Part shown: piece by piece, positions 39,785 to 48,717 of the stretch
Layout of the letters: every line of letters starts with the position of its first letter
Numbering within the stretch: position 1 is the stretch's first letter
NCBI GenBank assembly: GCA_965602015.1
Contig: OZ271918.1
Span: 2,848,001-2,912,000, forward strand
Length of the DNA stretch: 64,000 bases
Origin: Salinispira sp.
Lineage (GTDB): Bacteria > Spirochaetota > Spirochaetia > DSM-27196 > Salinispiraceae
Direction: 5' to 3'
Position numbers and translations under genes: made by a program
The notes under the pieces: model-generated
What the model was told of the DNA's origin: nothing
The model's database searches: none
Seen by the model: the letters and a program-made list of their open reading frames with translations, nothing else

Positions 39785-41638
39785 GTGAAAATCCGAGGCA
39801 TTCTGATTTTGGGCGTCAGCCTCTTGAGTCTTTTAATTGTGGCAACCTCAACGGTTTCAATCATTACGACCATAAATATCGCAGCCTTTGAACGGGAAAT
39901 CTATGAGATACGGCTGGTTTCCATAGATTACCTCATTCAATCGGACCGGGACGCTTATCAGTCGCATCTGGCGCTGGTGTACCTGCTGTGGGCCGGAAGC
40001 GCCGGTCGGGAACTGGACGGAGCCACGGAATCGGGCTATCTGGCAGATGTGCGGGACAATGCCGCCCAGGTGAGCGAGAGATTCGGGGTATTCGCCTCCC
40101 TCATGACCGATGCGGAACAGGAAACCGCCGAACGTATCGCGAACTTTGACGGAAAATACAACCGCTGGCTTCGGGTTGTGAACCAGGTGCTGGCTGCATA
40201 CGAAGCCGGGAATATAGAACAGGCGGTGGCGGTTTTTTCACGGGACTATGCATCCCCCTTTGATGATTTGAGAAATGACATCGATGTTCTCACGGAATTC
40301 AGCCAGAATGCCGCCGCTGCGGCGCACCAACAGGTGGAGGATTCGGTAATTTTTATCGAGATCGTCAATATCGCCCTCACCATTACCGGGGTCATCTCCT
40401 CGATAATTATCGTTATTCTAATAATCCGCCGTGTTCTCAGACCGATTTCCCAGGTGAGCATAAGCGCCGAGGAATTAAGTTCAGGCGAGGGCGATTTAAC
40501 CCAGCGTCTGCCCATGAAGGGCAGCGACGAGATGGCCATGCTCTCGGGGCATTTGAATGCCTTCATTGCAAAGACCGAAAAGATCCTTATAAGTCTGAGA
40601 AATACCGCGGAAGTGTCCAATGAAATAAAGGCGAGCCTGGTCGCCTCGGTGGAAGAGAACGCCGCGGGCGCCACCGAAATCTCCGCCAACATCGCCTCGA
40701 TCACCGATCAGATTTCAGGCCTGGATGGAAGCATCCGCTCGATCAGTTCAAACATGGAAGGAATGAAGCAGTCCATCGGCGTTTTCGAAGGCCAAGTGGG
40801 CGACCAGGCCGCGATGGTGGAAGAGTCTACCGCTTCGGTGACCGAAATGATCGCCTCGATTAACAATTTAGCCTCTATATCCCAAAAGCGGAAAGAAGCC
40901 ACCGAAGCCGTTCGGACAATTGTCCACGACGGGAATACTCGGGTCGCAGAATCCAACGACGCGGTCCAGGCCATCCACGCAGATATAGACAGTATTCTTG
41001 AAATGACCGGACTGATTGCCGGCATCGCTTCCCAAACCAATCTGCTGTCCATGAATGCGGCAATAGAAGCCGCCCATGCGGGAGATGCAGGCCGGGGGTT
41101 CTCCGTCGTCGCCGAGGAAATACGCAAACTGGCGGAAACAACCGGAACCCAGTCGCAATCGATAAATGAGGTATTGTCCCGGGTTGTACAGAATATAGAA
41201 ACCGCCTCCGAGGCCTCCCAGTTCACCAGCAATCTGTACGAGCAGATCATCAAGGAATTCAGCATGTTGATGGATGCATTCGAGGAAATTACCCAAAACA
41301 CCCTTGAGCTGAATACCGGAGGAAAGCAAATTCTGGAAGCCATGAACAATCTCTCCCGTCAGAGTTTGACGGTCAAAGAAGAAGCTGAAAGCATTCGCAA
41401 TGCCAATGTCAGCATAGGCGAAGAGATGAACCGCATTGCCGACAATTCGGTGTCGGTATCGAATGCGAGTACGGAAATCCGCCGGGGTATCGCCGAAATT
41501 TCCGGTTCATCGGAAGAAATGCGTGAACAGGCCACCCGTCTTGCGACGGCCATAGACCGGGCGGGCCAGCAGCTCCAGCAGTTCGTACTTTCCGATGAAG
41601 AAGCAGAGGAAATTGGAGAACCCGAGGACCGTGAGTGA
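39785..41638 (+). CDS. methyl-accepting chemotaxis protein (helical periplasmic sensor, HAMP)
   Basis: Two TMs, GDLTQRL...[23 protein letters not shown]. Confidence 0.93.
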   Translation: MKIRGILILGVSLLSLLIVATSTVSIITTINIAAFEREIYEIRLVSIDYLIQSDRDAYQSHLALVYLLWAGSAGRELDGATESGYLADVRDNAAQVSERFGVFASLMTDAEQETAERIANFDGKYNRWLRVVNQVLAAYEAGNIEQAVAVFSRDYASPFDDLRNDIDVLTEFSQNAAAAAHQQVEDSVIFIEIVNIALTITGVISSIIIVILIIRRVLRPISQVSISAEELSSGEGDLTQRLPMKGSDEMAMLSGHLNAFIAKTEKILISLRNTAEVSNEIKASLVASVEENAAGATEISANIASITDQISGLDGSIRSISSNMEGMKQSIGVFEGQVGDQAAMVEESTASVTEMIASINNLASISQKRKEATEAVRTIVHDGNTRVAESNDAVQAIHADIDSILEMTGLIAGIASQTNLLSMNAAIEAAHAGDAGRGFSVVAEEIRKLAETTGTQSQSINEVLSRVVQNIETASEASQFTSNLYEQIIKEFSMLMDAFEEITQNTLELNTGGKQILEAMNNLSRQSLTVKEEAESIRNANVSIGEEMNRIADNSVSVSNASTEIRRGIAEISGSSEEMREQATRLATAIDRAGQQLQQFVLSDEEAEEIGEPEDRE

Positions 41639-41652
41639 CAGTTAGCTTTTCC

Positions 41653-41931
41653 TCAGAGAAATAGCAGGGCGAACAGCCCGTATCCCGCCGCCGCGGTAAC
41701 GAGAATCACCAGCACATAGGGAATAAGCACCCGAATCCCGATGATCACCATGAGGAACACCTCGGACATGGGCAGGTTCTTTCGGGCATCGGACCGGCGG
41801 CTCAACCCGGAAGCCTCAGAGGCTTTCCGGGAATCCTCCGCCGCCCCGGTGTCGGCAGACGAAGCATTCTGAGGGTCCCGTGACTTCCGGGGCTCTTGCG
41901 TTTTTGTGTGCCGGCGGGATTCTTCTCTCAC
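41653..41931 (-). CDS. small hypothetical membrane protein
   Basis: GTGA overlap with the ABC ATPase stop; C-terminal hydrophobic helix. Confidence 0.55.
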   Translation of the reverse strand: MREESRRHTKTQEPRKSRDPQNASSADTGAAEDSRKASEASGLSRRSDARKNLPMSEVFLMVIIGIRVLIPYVLVILVTAAAGYGLFALLFL

Positions 41932-43055
41932 GGTTCGCCGGCTCGCCCGGCGGTCGAGGGCTGTGCGCCGGCTTGCCCGGCGGTCGAGGGCTGTGCGCCG
42001 GACTTGGCCTCTTCCGGCGGATTCACCCGATGACAGGCCACCTGCCGTCCGTCCTCCCCGGTGATAAGTCTGGGGGTCAGGGACTTACATACATCCATGG
42101 CCACCGGACAGCGGGTGTGGAAGGCGCAGCCCGATGGAGGATTTGCCGGGCTGGGCACATCCCCCGAGAGCACGCTTCGCTCCCGCCGCTGAGACGGATG
42201 GCTCACCGGGACCGCGGACAAAAGGGACTGGCTGTATGGATGCCGGGGGTTTTCAAAAAACGATGCGGTTTCACCAACCTCCACCAGCTTACCGAGGTAC
42301 ATGACTCCCACTCTGTCGCCGATATGCTTCACCACGCTGAGGTCATGGCTGACGAACAAGTAGGTGAGGCCGAGTTCAGCCTGAAGGTCCTGCAGCAGAT
42401 TGATGATTTGGCTTTGAATGCTGACGTCCAGGGCCGAGATGGGCTCATCGGCCACAATCAAGGTCGGGTCCAGAGCCAGCGCCCGGGCAATCACCACCCG
42501 CTGACGTTGACCGCCGGAGAACTCATGGGGGTAGCGGTCGCCGTGGTAGGGCTGCAGCCCGCAGAGAGTCAACAGCTCGCCCACCCTCCTTCGGGCCGCC
42601 TCACCTTCGGCGATACCGTGAACCTTGAGTATTTCGGCGATGGCAGCCCCCACGGTCAGGCGGGGGTTCAGTGCGCTGTACGGGTCCTGGAACACGATCT
42701 GCATGTCTTTTCTAAGCTGGCGCATACGCGCCGGATCGGCTGCAATTATGTCTTCGCCCTTGAATCTAATGCTGCCCTCGGTGGCGCTGAGGAGCTTGAG
42801 AATGACCTGTCCGGTGGTGCTCTTGCCGCAGCCGCTTTCCCCCACCAGGGCGAAGGTCTCTCCGGGATAAATATCAAAGCTCACCCCGTCCACCGCCTTT
42901 ACCGCCCCCTGTACCCTGCCGAATACCCCTCCGCGGATGGGAAAGTGTTTTTTCAAATCGCGCACCGACAGAAGAGGTTCGGAGTTTTTTGGTATATCTT
43001 CGCGGCTGCTGTGGGGCACCCGGTCCAGCGCGGTTTTTTCTGCGGGATTACTCAT
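41928..43055 (-). CDS. peptide ABC transporter ATPase (OppF/DppF-like)
   Basis: GESGCGKS, FSGGQRQR, DEP, C-terminal GC.FH.RC. Confidence 0.93.
   Translation of the reverse strand: MSNPAEKTALDRVPHSSREDIPKNSEPLLSVRDLKKHFPIRGGVFGRVQGAVKAVDGVSFDIYPGETFALVGESGCGKSTTGQVILKLLSATEGSIRFKGEDIIAADPARMRQLRKDMQIVFQDPYSALNPRLTVGAAIAEILKVHGIAEGEAARRRVGELLTLCGLQPYHGDRYPHEFSGGQRQRVVIARALALDPTLIVADEPISALDVSIQSQIINLLQDLQAELGLTYLFVSHDLSVVKHIGDRVGVMYLGKLVEVGETASFFENPRHPYSQSLLSAVPVSHPSQRRERSVLSGDVPSPANPPSGCAFHTRCPVAMDVCKSLTPRLITGEDGRQVACHRVNPPEEAKSGAQPSTAGQAGAQPSTAGRAGEP
41941..42000. repeat. 30-bp tandem duplication in the ATPase tail
   Basis: GCT(C/T)GCCCGGCGGTCGAGGGCTGTGCGCCG x2. Confidence 0.9.
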
Positions 43056-44091
43056 TATTCGCCTCCATTCGGGCCGAACCTGCGGCGGCTGCAGGGACCA
43101 GGGGCTGGCGGTCTTCCTGACTTAACTCTTCATGGAGCCAGCAGCGAACCGCATGGTGTTCGGCCAGCTCTCGCCGGGGCGGCATCTGAGACTTGCAGAT
43201 GCTCATTGCGTTGGGGCATCGGGGATGAAAGGGGCATCCGCCGGGCATTTCCAGGGGGTTGGGAACATTGCCGGGAATAAAACCCAGGCGGTCCTGCACC
43301 TCGCCGAAGCTCGGCCGGCTGGCAATGAGTCCTCTGGTGTACGGATGGGCCGCATTGTCGAACAGGGCAAACACGTCAGCCTCTTCAACCACCTTGCCGG
43401 CATACATAACCAGAACCCGGTCGGCCATTTCGGCGATGACGCTCAAGTCGTGGGTTATAAACAGAACTGCGGTGTTTATCCGGTCTTTGAGGTCGCGCAT
43501 AAGCCGCAGAATCTGTGCCTGTATGGTGACGTCCAGCGCAGTGGTCGGCTCGTCGGCGATGAGCAGTTTCGGGTTGCAGCTCAATGCCATGGCGATCATG
43601 GCGCGCTGGCGCATGCCGCCGGAAAACCGGTGGGGATATTCGTCGATGACCTCTTCGGCCCGGGGTATGCCCACCAGTTTGAGCATTTCAATCGCCCGGG
43701 TCCTGGCGTCCTGCTGATTCAGTTTCTGATGCAGAACTATCGCCTCGATGAGCTGATTTCCGATGGTAAAGACCGGATTGAGGCTGGTCATGGGCTCCTG
43801 GAAGATCATGGCGATCTCGTTGCCCCGGATTTTTCGAAGATCTTCATCATTGAGTTTGAGAAGATCGACTCCGTCGAAGAGGATTTCGCCTCCGTCAATT
43901 GACGCCGGCGGGCTGGGCAACAGGCGGAGGATGCTCAGCGAGGTAACGGTTTTGCCGCAGCCGCTTTCTCCCACCAGGCCGACTACCTCCCCCGCCCCGA
44001 TGCTGAGGGACACGTCGTCCACGGCCTGAACGATTCCGTCGTCGGTGCGGAAGCTGGTTTTTAAGTTTTTTATTTCTACAAGATCTTTCAT
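43048..44091 (-). CDS. peptide ABC transporter ATPase (OppD/DppD-like)
   Basis: GESGCGKT, FSGGMRQR, DEPTTALD. Confidence 0.93.
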   Translation of the reverse strand: MKDLVEIKNLKTSFRTDDGIVQAVDDVSLSIGAGEVVGLVGESGCGKTVTSLSILRLLPSPPASIDGGEILFDGVDLLKLNDEDLRKIRGNEIAMIFQEPMTSLNPVFTIGNQLIEAIVLHQKLNQQDARTRAIEMLKLVGIPRAEEVIDEYPHRFSGGMRQRAMIAMALSCNPKLLIADEPTTALDVTIQAQILRLMRDLKDRINTAVLFITHDLSVIAEMADRVLVMYAGKVVEEADVFALFDNAAHPYTRGLIASRPSFGEVQDRLGFIPGNVPNPLEMPGGCPFHPRCPNAMSICKSQMPPRRELAEHHAVRCWLHEELSQEDRQPLVPAAAAGSARMEANNE

Positions 44092-44110
44092 GGTTCCTCT
44101 TTGCCTGTGC

Positions 44111-45025
44111 CTAACGGGTTTTCGGGTCGAGGGCGTCGCGCAAGCCGTCGCCCAGCAAATTGAATCCGATGACCATAAACAGTATGGCCAGCCCCGGATA
44201 CGTGGTCAGGTGATGGGCTGTGCGAATGTACTCCCGTCCGTTGGACAGAATGGCTCCCCATTCGGGCGTCGGTGCCTGGGCCCCGAGCCCCAGAAATCCC
44301 AGGCCGGCGGCCCAGAGAATTGCGGTGGCGATCTGAAACGTGCTCTGTACGATGATGGGAGCCAGAGTATTGGGCAGGATGTGGCGGAAGATAATGCTGA
44401 AATCGCCGACTCCAGCGGCCTTGGCGGCGGTGACGTAACTCTGTTCTTTGGCGGCCAGCATGGATCCCCGGACAAGCCGGGCGTAAATCGGAACGCTGGC
44501 GATGCCGGTGGCTATCATCACATTGCTCACGCCAACCCCCAGTACCGTCACCACGACAATCGCCAGGAGGATTCCCGGAAAGGCGATCATGATATCGATG
44601 CCGCGCTGGACGATCATATCGAACCTGCCGCCGTAGTACCCGCTCACCGCTCCCAGGGGAACCCCGATGCTGATGCCGATGGCCACGGAAATCAGGCCGA
44701 TTCCCAGGGAAATCCGTCCGCCGTAGAGCATCCGGGTAAACAGATCCCGGCCGAGCTCATCGGTGCCCAGCAAATGCTGACCGCTGGGTCCCTGAAGCCG
44801 GTTCAGCAGGTTGACCCCGACGGGATCCTGGCTGCTGATGAGAGGAGCGCCGACGGAGACCGCGATAAACAGGGCAATGATAACCAACCCGATAACCGCG
44901 CCTCGATTTCGCAGAAGATGCCGCACGACGGTGCGCAGCTCGCTGTAATTCGAACCCGGCTCATTATTCTTGCCTTCGATGGATTGCTCCCCGCCGGGGT
45001 TTTGCTCTTGTATGACTTCGCTCAT
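44111..45025 (-). CDS. peptide ABC permease (OppC/GsiD-like)
   Basis: HLLGTD.LGRD, EAA-like YV.AA.A.G, PEWG. Confidence 0.92.
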   Translation of the reverse strand: MSEVIQEQNPGGEQSIEGKNNEPGSNYSELRTVVRHLLRNRGAVIGLVIIALFIAVSVGAPLISSQDPVGVNLLNRLQGPSGQHLLGTDELGRDLFTRMLYGGRISLGIGLISVAIGISIGVPLGAVSGYYGGRFDMIVQRGIDIMIAFPGILLAIVVVTVLGVGVSNVMIATGIASVPIYARLVRGSMLAAKEQSYVTAAKAAGVGDFSIIFRHILPNTLAPIIVQSTFQIATAILWAAGLGFLGLGAQAPTPEWGAILSNGREYIRTAHHLTTYPGLAILFMVIGFNLLGDGLRDALDPKTR

Positions 45026-45041
45026 TCGGTTTCTCTCCAGA

Positions 45042-45968
45042 TCAGGATGATTGATAGTGGATGCGGGGATCCAGGTAGGCGTAGATAATGTCGACCACCA
45101 GGTTTATCAGCACGAACAAAAAGGCGAGCAGCATGACTGTCCCCTGAACCACCGGGTAGTCCCGCCGTAAGATCGCGTCCACAAGGAGCCGGCCCACACC
45201 CGGCCAGGCGAACACCGTCTCCGTAAGGACCGCGCCGCCCAGGAGGATGCCGAACTGCAGTCCCAACACGGTAACCACAGGAATGAGGGCATTTTTCAGG
45301 GCATGCTTGTAGATGACCATCCGCTCGGATACCCCCTTTGCCCGGGCGGTGGTGATGAATTCCTGGCGAAGCACCTCGAGTACGCTCGAACGGGTTATCC
45401 GCGCCATCAGGGCCGCGCTTGCCATTCCCAAGGTTATGCTGGGAAGAATCAGGTGGCGTATTCCCCCGATTCCCGTGGCCGGCAGTATGCGCAACTGGAC
45501 CGCGAACAGAAGCTGGAGCATCAGGGCCATCCAAAACACCGGAGCCGCTACCCCGACCAATGCGACAAACATGCTGGTGTTGTCGAATATTGAGTTCCGT
45601 CTGGTCGCCGACACAATGCCCGCCGAAACGCCGATTACCGTCGCCAATAATAGCGACACGCTGGCCAGCAACAGGGTGCGGGGAAACCGCTCCCCGATCT
45701 CCACGCTCACCGGGCGCTTGCTGAAAACCGACTGACCAAGGTCTCCCTGGACCAGATCGATCATGAAACGTCCGTATTGAACGATAATTGGGTCATCAAG
45801 CCCGTACTGGTCCCGCACCTGCTGGATATACTCGGGCGTCGCGTTCACCCCGGCAATTGCTATTGCAGGATCTCCGGGAATAAGACGGATGATGGAAAAC
45901 ACGATAATTGAGACGCCGATGACCACCGGAATGGTGAGCAAAAGGCGCCGCAGGATGTATTGATACAA
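45042..45968 (-). CDS. peptide ABC permease (OppB/GsiC-like)
   Basis: PGDPA, TARAKG, ETVF.WPG.G, RDYP. Confidence 0.92.
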   Translation of the reverse strand: MYQYILRRLLLTIPVVIGVSIIVFSIIRLIPGDPAIAIAGVNATPEYIQQVRDQYGLDDPIIVQYGRFMIDLVQGDLGQSVFSKRPVSVEIGERFPRTLLLASVSLLLATVIGVSAGIVSATRRNSIFDNTSMFVALVGVAAPVFWMALMLQLLFAVQLRILPATGIGGIRHLILPSITLGMASAALMARITRSSVLEVLRQEFITTARAKGVSERMVIYKHALKNALIPVVTVLGLQFGILLGGAVLTETVFAWPGVGRLLVDAILRRDYPVVQGTVMLLAFLFVLINLVVDIIYAYLDPRIHYQSS

Positions 45969-46127
45969 CGCAAGCCTCCTGGAATGGATAATCCCTTCCC
46001 GCAGCGGTCGGCCAAAGCAGACCGTTCCGGGAAAAGAAGCCGGCGCTCCTTATGGGAGCGCCGGATACGCACAAAAAAGAACGGCAATGCATTCAGTTAC
46101 GGCTGCATGGCCGAATGTAAAGAACCC

Positions 46128-47687
46128 CTACTCGAAGCTCGCTTCCCATGCGCTCAGGTTTTCCAGGGGATGATGGATGAGCCCGTCCACATAAGTCCAG
46201 TTCGCGTTAACCTGACCCTGGTTGTACAGGTAAATCCAGGGAGCGTCTTCCCAAATGAGGGCGATCGCCTCGCCGTACAGAGCCGCTCGGGCCGCCTGGT
46301 CGGTGGTTACCCGTGCCTCGTCGAGGATTTCATCGACCCGGTCATTGCGGTAAAAACCCCGGTTGTTGCCGTTGGGGTTCCACTGATTGCTGTGAAGCAG
46401 GGCATACAGGCCGTAGTCAGCGTCCAGGGTGACGGTTCCCCATCCGAGCATAAATGCGTCGTATTCTGCGGCCTCCGGAGGCTGGGCGGTGAACTGCAGA
46501 TAGCTCGACCATTCCCGGGTTTCCAGGGTGACGTCGATGCCCACTTCGGCGAGCTGGCTCTGGAGAACTTCCGCCACGGTAGCATCCAGAGGATAGCGGC
46601 CGGTGGGATGGTGGATGGTCATGGAGAAGCCGTCGGGGAATCCGGCCTCGGCAAGTAGCTCCCTGGCCAAATCGGGATCGTAGTCGTAGGGCCCGACGGA
46701 CGCATGACCGAATACCGCGGGAACCACCGGCGCGTCAGCAACGGAGAAGCCCTCGAACAGGCTGTTGACGATGGCTTCCTTGTCGATTGCGTAGTTCAGC
46801 GCCTGGCGGACCACAGGATTGTTAAAGGGCTCGCGCTCGTTATTAAACCCGATGTAAATCTGGCGGACGCTGTTTTCCCGGACAATCTCGATATTGGGAT
46901 CGGCCTCGAGACGGGCAACTTCCTGGGGGGGTACCCGCATCATGGCGTCTACTTCGCCGGTTTCAAGGGCGACAATCAGGGCCGAGGATTCGGGAATGAA
47001 TCGGAAGTTGACATTGGGAATGGCGGGAATGTCTCCGTAGTAGTCTTCATTGACCGTCAGGGAAATACTCTCGCCCCGGTTCCACTCGGTAATCACATAG
47101 GGACCGGTTCCCACGGGAAGCTCGAAGCTGTCCTGAGGTCCCAGTTCCGCCAACTGTGCGGGGGACACAATGCCCACAAAGGAATGGGACAGGTGGGAAA
47201 GAATCGGCGCAAAGGGCTGGCTCAGAGTGAGCTGCAGAGTGAACTCCCCGATCGCCTCGATGTCCGTTACCGTACCCAGCAGGAAGGCGTAGGCCGCACC
47301 CACTTCGGGGTCGACAAACCGGTTCAGGTTGACGGCGACGGCCTCGGCATTCAGCGGAGTGCCGTCGTGGAAGGTACCGCCCTGGCGGATCTCAAAAGTC
47401 CACACAGTACTGTCGGCGCTGGCGCTCCAGCTGGTCGCCAGCATGGGAGTCAGACTGCCGTCTTCTTCCATGTAGATGAGACGCTCGACGACGTGCTCGC
47501 CGACGGTCGCCGCCGGAGCGCTGGTCATGTTGACCGGGTCGAGGGACTCGGGTTCGGCACCCATTCCGATTGTCAGGGTGTCCCGCACTTCAGGTTCGGC
47601 TTCAGCGCCGCCCGCTGCAAAAAGCGCTGCAGTCATGATAAACATCATCAACAGCGAAAGTTTCAGGATATGCATAGTTTTACGCAT
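46128..47687 (-). CDS. family 5 ABC substrate-binding protein (GsiB/DppA-like)
   Basis: SLDP, FHDG, PVGTGPY, VRQALNYAID; signal ending LFAAGG.E. Confidence 0.92.
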   Translation of the reverse strand: MRKTMHILKLSLLMMFIMTAALFAAGGAEAEPEVRDTLTIGMGAEPESLDPVNMTSAPAATVGEHVVERLIYMEEDGSLTPMLATSWSASADSTVWTFEIRQGGTFHDGTPLNAEAVAVNLNRFVDPEVGAAYAFLLGTVTDIEAIGEFTLQLTLSQPFAPILSHLSHSFVGIVSPAQLAELGPQDSFELPVGTGPYVITEWNRGESISLTVNEDYYGDIPAIPNVNFRFIPESSALIVALETGEVDAMMRVPPQEVARLEADPNIEIVRENSVRQIYIGFNNEREPFNNPVVRQALNYAIDKEAIVNSLFEGFSVADAPVVPAVFGHASVGPYDYDPDLARELLAEAGFPDGFSMTIHHPTGRYPLDATVAEVLQSQLAEVGIDVTLETREWSSYLQFTAQPPEAAEYDAFMLGWGTVTLDADYGLYALLHSNQWNPNGNNRGFYRNDRVDEILDEARVTTDQAARAALYGEAIALIWEDAPWIYLYNQGQVNANWTYVDGLIHHPLENLSAWEASFE

Positions 47688-47829
47688 ACTACCTCCTTAA
47701 GTGTATAAATATAGATAAAAGCCGAGTGATTAAGCAAGGAACTAGCGGGCAAAAAACCCGCATTCATCGGGACTTTGGCAATTGTCCTTGACCCGGCGTC
47801 CATGGCAAAAAGGGAGAATCGGAGGATTT

Positions 47830-48624
47830 ATGAAAAAGTACAGCGGAGCCGCGCTTATAACGGGCTCTACTTCGGGAATCGGTTTTTATTTCAGCCAGCT
47901 GTTGGCCTCAAGGGGTTACGACCTGATCCTGGTTTCGAGAAACGCTGACAAGCTGGAAAGCCTCAAGGCGGAGCTGGAGGGGCAGTACTCCGTGGCGGTG
48001 TCGGTCATTACCTGTGACCTTGCCCGGGCGGACGCGGCCGAAACGGTGTACCGCAAGCTTAAGGCGATTAACAAGCCCGTCGGCCTGCTGATTCAGAATG
48101 CCGGAGGATTCGATTCCGCGCCCTTTCTCACAGCCGAAATCCCGGCCCACGAGTACCTGATACATCTCCATGTGAACTTTCCAGTGAAATTTGCACGCCT
48201 TCTGCTCCCGGAAATGATAGAAAACGGCGGCGGCGGAATGATAGTCATGGCCGCGGCGAATGCGATTGTACCCATACCCTGGTTTTCCATCGATTCGGGA
48301 ACCAAGGCCTTCGTAGACGCCTGGGCAGGTTCCCTGTACGGCGAGCTCAAGGGCCGGGGAATTGACGTGTTGTCGGTCTGCCCGGGCCCCACCAACACCG
48401 ACATACACCTGAGCTCCGGCGTGAGCCCGGAAGATAAATCGCGGCTCCACTCCCCGCAGGCCGTCGCCCGCCAGGCCCTGAAGGCAATCGGAAAAACACC
48501 GCGAATCGTAACCGGACCGTCGACAAAACTGCAGATTTTCGCCGCCCGGTTCGCCCCGCGGGCACTTCAGCTGATGATTTCGAAACTGGTAACAAAGAAA
48601 CTGTTTAGAATAACGGCATCCTGA
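47830..48624 (+). CDS. SDR-family protein with atypical active site (DxxxK)
   Basis: TGSTSGIG, NAG, CPGPT.T; GGAGG RBS. Confidence 0.85.
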   Translation: MKKYSGAALITGSTSGIGFYFSQLLASRGYDLILVSRNADKLESLKAELEGQYSVAVSVITCDLARADAAETVYRKLKAINKPVGLLIQNAGGFDSAPFLTAEIPAHEYLIHLHVNFPVKFARLLLPEMIENGGGGMIVMAAANAIVPIPWFSIDSGTKAFVDAWAGSLYGELKGRGIDVLSVCPGPTNTDIHLSSGVSPEDKSRLHSPQAVARQALKAIGKTPRIVTGPSTKLQIFAARFAPRALQLMISKLVTKKLFRITAS

Positions 48625-48666
48625 GGGTGAATCAGAAATTGCCGATGTGTAAGGGAGCATTAATGT

Positions 48667-48699
48667 AAAACGGGGCGACCTTTTTGGCCGCCCCGTTCT
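48667..48699. terminator. hairpin terminator between convergent genes
   Basis: AACGGGGCG/CGCCCCGTT stem. Confidence 0.7.
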
Positions 48700-48717
48700 A
48701 TTGTGCATTTGGATAGA

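Noticed and set aside
24873..42000. CRISPR array
   Set aside because: The repeats seen are spacer-less in-frame tandem repeats, and there are no cas genes.
41880..47708. Long plus-strand ORFs (41880-43280, 44045-45088, 46704-47708)
   Set aside because: These are antisense shadows of well-conserved ABC genes in GC-rich DNA and carry no motifs.
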